Of a stretch of 64,000 bases of DNA, positions 57,899 to 64,000 are shown one piece after another (the first letter of the stretch is position 1; each line of letters starts with the position of its first letter). The position numbers were made by a program, and so were the translations under genes. This DNA comes from an uncultured Flavobacteriaceae bacterium (lineage in GTDB: Bacteria; Pseudomonadota; Alphaproteobacteria; UBA8366; Aestuariispiraceae), in assembly GCA_964352715.1 (NCBI GenBank), contig CAYGSU010000004.1:56888-120887 (forward strand), written 5' to 3'. The notes under the pieces were generated by a model. It saw only the letters and a list, made by a program, of their open reading frames with translations. It was not told where the DNA came from and did no database searches.

Positions 57899-59210
57899 CA
57901 CATATGATGCGATTATTATCGGCGCCGGGGTCATCGGCGCCGCCATCGGGTTCGAACTCGCCAAGAAGGGCAAGAAAACAATCAACATCGATATGGGGCC
58001 GGAAGCGGGCTACGGCTCCACCGCCGCCAGTTGCGCCATCATCCGTGTCCATTATTCGACCTATGACGGCTGCGCCATCGCCTGGGAAGGCTATCACTAC
58101 TGGAAGAAGTGGGAAGACTATCTGGGCGTAGCAGACGAATCCGGTATGGCGAAGTTCGTCGAATGCGGCGCGATGGTCTACAAGACCGAGGTGAACAACT
58201 ACCTCGACAAGGTGATGGCGAATGCGTCAGCCCTGAACATTCCTTTCGACAATCTGGACGCCGCCGGCATCGAGGCCAAGCTGCCGATCGCACAGACCGC
58301 CAGCGTCGGCCCGCCGAAGGCGATGGACGACCCTGATTTCGACAAGAAAGGCGACCCGGTACGCGGCGCGGTGTATTTCCCGACCGCCGGTTATGTTACC
58401 GACCCGAAACTGTCGGCCCATAACCTGCAGCGTGCGGCCGAAGCGAAAGGCGCTACCTTCCGCTTCCGCAGCAAGATCGTCGAAATTCTGGTGGAAGACG
58501 GCAAGACCGCCGGCGTGAAACTGGAAGATGGCTCGGAAATCCGCGCACCTGTGGTGGTCAATGTCGCCGGCCCGCATTCCTTCAAGGTCAACCAGATGGC
58601 GAAGCTGCCGGACGGTTCCACTGTTGAAGATCACTGCAATATCAAGACCAAGGCGCTGAAGGTGGAAGTGGCGCATGTGCCGCCGCCGCCGGGCTTCAAC
58701 TACGAAAAGGATGCCTTCGTGACATCCGACAGCGATATCGGCTGTTACACGCGGCCGGAACACGGCAACCACATTCTGATCGGATCGGAAGACCCGGAAT
58801 GCGACCCGCGGATTTTTGTTGATCCGGACAATTGGGATGACAGCTTTTCCGACCAGTGGAAGGCGCAGGTCTATCGTCTGGGTCTGCGGTATCCGGACCT
58901 GCCGGTAACCTCACCCGTCAAGGGCGTCGTTTCGCTGTATGATGCAGCCGATGACTGGATTCCGATCTATGACAAGTCTGATCTGCCGGGCTTCTACATG
59001 GCCATCGGCACCAGCGGTAACCAGTACAAGAACGCCCCGGTCGCCGGCGCGCTGATGGCGGAACTGATCGAACGGGTTGAGGCCGGGCAGGACCATGACA
59101 ACGACCCGGTTCAGTTCAATCTGAAACATATCGGCAAGTCGATCTCGCTGGGCTTCTATTCCCGCAACCGGCAGATCAATACTGAAAGCTCGATGAGCGT
59201 GATCGGGTAA
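57891..59210 (+). CDS. FAD-dependent oxidoreductase (DAO family, sarcosine-oxidase-beta-like)
   Basis: N-terminal dinucleotide motif YDAIIIGAGVIGAAIGFELAKKG. 439 aa. Confidence 0.75.
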   Translation: MPDTYDAIIIGAGVIGAAIGFELAKKGKKTINIDMGPEAGYGSTAASCAIIRVHYSTYDGCAIAWEGYHYWKKWEDYLGVADESGMAKFVECGAMVYKTEVNNYLDKVMANASALNIPFDNLDAAGIEAKLPIAQTASVGPPKAMDDPDFDKKGDPVRGAVYFPTAGYVTDPKLSAHNLQRAAEAKGATFRFRSKIVEILVEDGKTAGVKLEDGSEIRAPVVVNVAGPHSFKVNQMAKLPDGSTVEDHCNIKTKALKVEVAHVPPPPGFNYEKDAFVTSDSDIGCYTRPEHGNHILIGSEDPECDPRIFVDPDNWDDSFSDQWKAQVYRLGLRYPDLPVTSPVKGVVSLYDAADDWIPIYDKSDLPGFYMAIGTSGNQYKNAPVAGALMAELIERVEAGQDHDNDPVQFNLKHIGKSISLGFYSRNRQINTESSMSVIG

Positions 59211-59230
59211 TCGAACGAAGAGAGAAGACG

Positions 59231-60007
59231 TTGACCGCCCTATCCCCGCAAACCCCGTCCCAGCGCATTCTGGTGGCGCTCGATACGCCGGATGTGGCGA
59301 AGGCGCGGGATCTGTCGCTGTCGCTGGCCGGGCATGTCGGCGGGGTGAAGCTGGGGCTGGAATTCTTCAACGCCAACGGGCCGGACGGCGTGCGCAAGGT
59401 GGTGCGGGGCGATCTGGATGAAACGCCGCGCGGCGAACCTGTCGCCCAGCAGCCGTTCTTCCTCGACCTCAAGTATCACGATATCCCGAACACGGTGGCG
59501 GGCGCGGTGCGCTCTGCCATGCCTTTGGGCCCGATGATCATGAACGTTCATGCCGCCGGCGGGACAGCGATGATGAAAGCGGCGCTGGATGCCGCGCATT
59601 TCGCGGCGGAACCGCTTGGCGTTGTGCGGCCGTTGATGATCGCCGTCACGGTTCTGACCAGCATGGACGATGCCGACCTTGATGCTGTCGGGCAGCGCGG
59701 GCCTTCGAGCGACCAGGTCGTGCGGCTGGCGGAACTGACCCGGAAGGCCGGGCTGGACGGTGTTGTCTGTTCAGCGATGGAGATTGCCCGTATCCGTGAG
59801 GCCTGCGGGCCGGATTTTCGGCTGATCGTCCCCGGCATTCGCCCGGCAGGATCGGCTGTCGGCGATCAGAAACGGGTGATGACGCCGCTTGAGGCCGTGA
59901 AGGCCGGCGCGGACTGGCTGGTCATCGGCCGGCCGATCACCGGCGCAGACGACCCGGTCGCAGCCGCCGGCGCAATTGCACGCGAACTCGATGCGGAGGC
60001 GGCATAG
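59231..60007 (+). CDS. pyrF: orotidine-5'-phosphate decarboxylase
   Basis: ILVALDTPD and FLDLKYHDIPNTV motifs. TTG start. Confidence 0.88.
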   Translation: MTALSPQTPSQRILVALDTPDVAKARDLSLSLAGHVGGVKLGLEFFNANGPDGVRKVVRGDLDETPRGEPVAQQPFFLDLKYHDIPNTVAGAVRSAMPLGPMIMNVHAAGGTAMMKAALDAAHFAAEPLGVVRPLMIAVTVLTSMDDADLDAVGQRGPSSDQVVRLAELTRKAGLDGVVCSAMEIARIREACGPDFRLIVPGIRPAGSAVGDQKRVMTPLEAVKAGADWLVIGRPITGADDPVAAAGAIARELDAEAA

Positions 60008-60008
60008 G

Positions 60009-60668
60009 ATGGATGATATCGGCAGCAAGGAAGCCGACGCGTTTCGCAAAATTCATGTCGATATGCACAGCCATCTGCCAAGCGACCCGGCGCTTCGGGT
60101 CAAATCCCTGGAAAGCCTGTTGGTCGACAAAGGGTTGCTGGACCCCACCGCTATCGACGCCTTCATCGATTTGTTCCAGAACAGGATTGGCCCGCAGATC
60201 GGCGCTTCGGTCGTCGCGCGCGCCTGGACCGATCCGGACTTCAAATCGGCCCTGCTGACCGACGCCACGAAAGCGCTGGACGAAGGTGGCTTTACCGGCT
60301 TCGAAGGATCGCATTACACGGTCGTGGAAAATACCGACGGCGTGCACAACATGGTCGTTTGCACCCTGTGTTCCTGTTATCCGTATCCGCTGTTGGGCCT
60401 GCCGCCGGCCTGGTACAAATCCGCCCCGTATCGGGCGCGGGCGGTGCGGGATCCGCGCGGTGTGTTGCGGGAATTCGGCGTTACCCTGCCGGCGGAAACC
60501 GAAATCCGGGTCTGGGATTCAACAGCGGAAATCCGGTATCTCGTGCTGCCGCAGCGGCCGGCCGGCACCGACCGCCTGTCACAGGCTGCGCTGGCGGCTC
60601 TGGTGACGCGCGACAGCATGGTCGGTACCGGCTTCGCCAGACAACCGGTGGGCCAGGGGCTTGGGTGA
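60009..60668 (+). CDS. nthA: nitrile hydratase alpha subunit, cobalt type
   Basis: Metal-binding claw VCTLCSCYPYP (Thr as in Co-type enzymes; Fe-type has CSLCSC). GGAGG lies 10 nt upstream of ATG 60009. Confidence 0.88.
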   Translation: MDDIGSKEADAFRKIHVDMHSHLPSDPALRVKSLESLLVDKGLLDPTAIDAFIDLFQNRIGPQIGASVVARAWTDPDFKSALLTDATKALDEGGFTGFEGSHYTVVENTDGVHNMVVCTLCSCYPYPLLGLPPAWYKSAPYRARAVRDPRGVLREFGVTLPAETEIRVWDSTAEIRYLVLPQRPAGTDRLSQAALAALVTRDSMVGTGFARQPVGQGLG

Positions 60669-61342
60669 TGGATGGCATTCATGATATGGGCGGCAAGCAG
60701 GGGTTCGGCCCGATAGAATTTTCCGACGCGGAAGCGCTGGGCATCTACGATCCGTTCCCGACGCCGGAAGGCGCGCGGGCCTGGGCCGCTGCCATGGGCA
60801 CGGTCAATCCGGACACCAGCCGGGTCGGTGGATTCTTCCGGTTCGTGCGTGAATGCATTCCGCCGGTCGACTACCTTGAACGCCCCTATGCGGAACAATG
60901 GCTGACCGTCACGGCGGCGATGCTGGCGTTTCACGGCACCCTGTCATCATCGGAAATCAACACCGGCAAGGCGGTTTCAAAATGGCAGGGCGACCCGCCG
61001 ATGCCTGGCAGCGAGGCGGCAACGGCAATCAGGCACCGCGATATCTATGACCGGCCAACAGAAACCACGCCGTCGTTTTCCGCCGGCGATGCCGTCACCG
61101 CGAACCCGATGGGGTCGACCGGGCACACGCGGCTGCCGGCCTATGTGCAGGGAAGGCCGGGGGTTGTCCACGCGCATCACGGCGCGCATGTCCTGCCCGA
61201 TACGGGTGTGCACGGCCTGGGCGAGCAGCCGACGCATCTCTATACGGTCGCCTTCCGTGCGGCCGATCTGTGGCCGGAACGCGCCGGCTCCAACGACAAA
61301 ATCTTTCTCGATCTTTGGGAATGTTACCTGAAAAATGAATGA
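60668..61342 (+). CDS. nthB: nitrile hydratase beta subunit
   Basis: MDGIHDMGGKQGFGPI... and the C-terminal ...LYTVAFRAADLWPE...DLWECYL. The ATG overlaps the alpha-subunit stop (TGATG). Confidence 0.85.
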   Translation: MDGIHDMGGKQGFGPIEFSDAEALGIYDPFPTPEGARAWAAAMGTVNPDTSRVGGFFRFVRECIPPVDYLERPYAEQWLTVTAAMLAFHGTLSSSEINTGKAVSKWQGDPPMPGSEAATAIRHRDIYDRPTETTPSFSAGDAVTANPMGSTGHTRLPAYVQGRPGVVHAHHGAHVLPDTGVHGLGEQPTHLYTVAFRAADLWPERAGSNDKIFLDLWECYLKNE

Positions 61343-61691
61343 CATCGCCGATGATCCCTCGCTGCGGCCGATCCCGCGCGATCCGGAAGGCCCGCTGTTC
61401 AAGGAGCCGTGGGAAGCGCAGGCGCTGGCGATTGCCTATCGCCTGATCGAGGAAGGCCGGATCACGAAACAGGAATGGGCGGATGCGCTGGGGGCGGCGA
61501 TTGCGAAGGCGCAGGCTGAGGGCGATCCTGATGAAGGCGGCACCTACTACCACCATGTGCTGGCCGCCATCGAGGCGCTGACGGTGGAAAAGGGCCTGAC
61601 CGACGCGACGGAACTTTCAACCCGCAAACAGGACTGGAAAGACGCCTATCTGTCCACGCCGCACGGCCAGCCGGTGGAACTGAAAAAGTAA
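61335..61691 (+). CDS. nitrile hydratase accessory (activator/metallochaperone-like) protein
   Basis: 118 aa. FKEPWEAQALAIAYRLIEEG...YYHHVLAAIEALTVEKG. 8-nt overlap with nthB. Confidence 0.75.
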   Translation: MNDIADDPSLRPIPRDPEGPLFKEPWEAQALAIAYRLIEEGRITKQEWADALGAAIAKAQAEGDPDEGGTYYHHVLAAIEALTVEKGLTDATELSTRKQDWKDAYLSTPHGQPVELKK

Positions 61692-61694
61692 CGC

Positions 61695-62555
61695 CTACCG
61701 CACCATCCGGTATTTCACGACCCGGTCATTGCCGGAATCCGAAATCCAGACGATATCGCCGCGCGTTTCCACCCCTTCCGGCGTGCGGAATTTGTTCGGC
61801 CCCTTGCCCGGGTTGCCGTCGCCCATGACATGCAGCAGCGCGCCGTTCGGCGCGATAATCAGCACCCGGTGGCTGTTCTTGTCGGCGGCGATCACCGTGC
61901 CGTCGGGCAGAACGTCCTGATACCGCACACCGTTGAAATTGTAGGGCGCGCCCGACCATTCGCGGATGACATCGAGATCCGGCGTCAGCAGCAGCATCCG
62001 GTCGTTGCCCGCATCGGCCAGCCAGATCGACCCATCCGGCGCAAGTTCCAGATCATGCGGCGACTGCAGTCCGGTCAGTTCGTTCATCACACTGCCTTTG
62101 TCGTTGTAGGCGACGACATTGCCGGACCAAGCGCCGGCGACATAGACTAGCCCGTTAGGATGCACAAGCACGCCTTCCGGCCCACGCATGCCGCCCTGCA
62201 GCTCGTCGACCTGCAAGGCTGCGACACCGGCGGTCTTGTAGACCGTGACCCGGTTGTTGTGGGTGTCGGCAACATAGGCATTTCCCTCGTCATCGAAATC
62301 GACGTCATGCGTACCGCGCTGATGGTCGTCGCCGAAATCGGCGAGCAGATCGAGGGTTTCGGGATCCAGGATGGCGACCCGGTTGTTACCGACATCGGCA
62401 ACGTAGAGGTACTTTCCGTCTGGAGACAGTTTGAGATCGTGCGGATTGCCGAGGCTGGCGGTACTCGCGCCGAGAAACTCCATGCGTATATCCTGCGCCT
62501 GGACCGCGGCCGAAACACACAGGAAGGCGGCGACAAGGGTCAGAAATCTGGCCAT
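61695..62555 (-). CDS. secreted NHL-repeat beta-propeller protein
   Basis: Signal peptide MARFLTLVAAFLCVSAAVQA, and repeated G-PHD/GV--D--G--YVAD--NNRV units. Confidence 0.8.
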   Translation of the reverse strand: MARFLTLVAAFLCVSAAVQAQDIRMEFLGASTASLGNPHDLKLSPDGKYLYVADVGNNRVAILDPETLDLLADFGDDHQRGTHDVDFDDEGNAYVADTHNNRVTVYKTAGVAALQVDELQGGMRGPEGVLVHPNGLVYVAGAWSGNVVAYNDKGSVMNELTGLQSPHDLELAPDGSIWLADAGNDRMLLLTPDLDVIREWSGAPYNFNGVRYQDVLPDGTVIAADKNSHRVLIIAPNGALLHVMGDGNPGKGPNKFRTPEGVETRGDIVWISDSGNDRVVKYRMVR

Positions 62556-62619
62556 GGTGTTGCTCCTTTGTTACCCGAAGCGATCTAACCCGGAAGGCTA
62601 GGCCGTCAAGACCGGCCTT

Positions 62620-63510
62620 CTAGCCGCCGGTTGCGTTGTCGGTCAGGGGCCGGAACCGGTCTTTCGCCGTGATCCGCACAACCGGCAGGTTGGGCAGGCG
62701 ACCATCGTAGATGGTGTCTTTCAGCCAGTCCTGCTCCGCGTCAAGGTCTTCCGTCACGGTCCACCAGACGCGGCCGGCATTGTCCCATCGATAGCCCCTG
62801 GCCTTCAGAACGTCCTTGGTTTCAAACGGGGAATTCACCGCGCGGATCAACGCCCGCGTCTTGCGCGCTGATTCCAGCAACACAGCCAAAGCCGACTGTT
62901 CATCCGGCAGCGGCGCGGCCAGCAGGGCGATGCCGGCCAGACAATCTATCTTGGCGCGGTGCCCTTCATAGAACAGACCCTGTTTCATCAACAGGTATTC
63001 CAGACTGTTCGACCCGAAGCCGCGTTCCTTCCAGGCAACGTCCTCAATGGAACAGGCCCAGTTGAGGGTGCGGAACACGGGCCAGGTCTTTTCCGCCATC
63101 GGTCGGTCGAAAGACGCACTGTGGGCGATCACCAGCCCGACACCGTCAAGAAAGGCCTCGACATCCGCCTCGGCGATGGTTTTGCCGGCGACCATGTCGT
63201 CGGTGATATTGTTGACGCGGCTTGCTTCCGGCGGGATCGGCCGGCCCGGATCGCGCAACTCGTCGAAGGCGTCCGCCTCGTGCACCGCCGTGATGACGCC
63301 GGTTTCCGCATCGTAGTCGAACGCCATCATCGACAGTTCGATCACCTCGTCCCGGGTGACGTCGGTGCCAGTGGTTTCGGTGTCCAGAAAGACCGCGCGA
63401 CGGGGTATGCCGGCCGATGTTCCCGTATGGACAAGGGCGGCGTCGAGTCGTCGCAGCACGCGGTAGGTGTCGCTGTTGGCAAGCAGCGCCGCTGCTTCGT
63501 CTTCCGTCAT
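62620..63510 (-). CDS. DEDDh 3'-5' exonuclease (DnaQ-like) with an uncharacterised C-terminal domain
   Basis: ExoI FLDTETTG, ExoII IAHSASFD and ExoIII HRAKIDC. Confidence 0.75.
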   Translation of the reverse strand: MTEDEAAALLANSDTYRVLRRLDAALVHTGTSAGIPRRAVFLDTETTGTDVTRDEVIELSMMAFDYDAETGVITAVHEADAFDELRDPGRPIPPEASRVNNITDDMVAGKTIAEADVEAFLDGVGLVIAHSASFDRPMAEKTWPVFRTLNWACSIEDVAWKERGFGSNSLEYLLMKQGLFYEGHRAKIDCLAGIALLAAPLPDEQSALAVLLESARKTRALIRAVNSPFETKDVLKARGYRWDNAGRVWWTVTEDLDAEQDWLKDTIYDGRLPNLPVVRITAKDRFRPLTDNATGG

Positions 63511-63573
63511 GAACGCCTCTCCCGGATCGCTCCGTTAAGGTAATCACGTATCCCGCCGGAAGTCATCCCGCCG

Positions 63574-64000
63574 TCAAGCCGGCGTGCCTTCCTCGCCGGC
63601 CTGCCCGAAGGCCATCAGCAGAAACGTGTACTCCTCCGCGACTTCCCGCAGCGCTTCGAAGCGGCCGGATTTGCCGGCGTGACCGGCCCCCATATTGGTT
63701 TTCAGCATTAGCACGTTAGCATCGGTTTTCAGCGCTCGCAGTTTCGCCGCCCATTTCGCCGGTTCCCAGTAGGTTACCCTGGGGTCCGACAGGCCGGCGG
63801 TGATCAGGATCGGCGGGTAGGCTTTGGCGATTGTCTGGTCATACGGTGAATACGACTGGATGTAGCGGTAATCCTCCTCAGAGGCGATCGGGTTTCCCCA
63901 TTCCGGCCATTCGATGGGGGTCAGCGGCAATGTGTCGTCCAGCATCGTGTTCAGCACATCGACAAACGGTACATGCGCGACCGCCGCCCGCCACAGGTCC
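63574..64000 (-). CDS. ptrB: S9 serine peptidase, oligopeptidase B-like; only the C-terminal part is in the window
   Basis: EWGNPIASEEDYRYIQSYSPYDQ...GLSDPRVTYWEPAKWAAKLR...MGAGHAGKSGRF. The frame stays open to the window end. Confidence 0.8.
   Translation of the reverse strand, partial: DLWRAAVAHVPFVDVLNTMLDDTLPLTPIEWPEWGNPIASEEDYRYIQSYSPYDQTIAKAYPPILITAGLSDPRVTYWEPAKWAAKLRALKTDANVLMLKTNMGAGHAGKSGRFEALREVAEEYTFLLMAFGQAGEEGTPA

Overview
High-GC chromosomal window that looks alphaproteobacterial (spot-counted 60-nt lines are about 63-73% GC in the backbone). The backbone carries a partial TRAP solute-binding gene, a 2-hydroxyacid dehydrogenase, GST, LPS-core glycosyltransferases, thrS-infC and zapE. 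It also holds the conserved rnd-kdsD-lptC-lptA-lptB-rpoN-hpf-ptsN block, aroA-cmk-rpsA-ihfB-lapA-pyrF, and a partial oligopeptidase B. Five accessory or unusual segments stand out. (1) A lower-GC island of about 15.6 kb (spot counts 38-53% GC) lies 3' of tRNA-Leu(CAA), at 12.4-28.1 kb. It has an integrase relic, a degenerate tRNA half-copy and a histidine-kinase relic. It also carries a sigma54-controlled methylated-amine module: a Tdm-like DUF1989-GcvT fusion, a TmoXWV-like betaine-family ABC importer, a stand-alone GcvT-like enzyme with a glutamine-synthetase-like ligase, and a split PAS sensor plus enhancer-binding protein. Two textbook -24/-12 promoters were found by eye, and both have a GCAAATTTGC palindrome upstream. 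(2) At 42.0-47.2 kb there is a CHASE2-PP2C / STAS / RsbW-like partner-switching cluster with an embedded MBL-fold hydrolase and a FecR-OmpA pair, but no sigma factor. (3) arsR-gapdh-arsJ-acr3 sits next to tRNA-Ala. (4) A Co-type nitrile hydratase operon follows pyrF. (5) LptB sits in a frame with a Pro-rich N-terminal extension of about 284 codons. I saw no CRISPR array, rRNA or intact transposase. All calls rest on reading the sequence, the ORF track and remembered family motifs; no database search was run.
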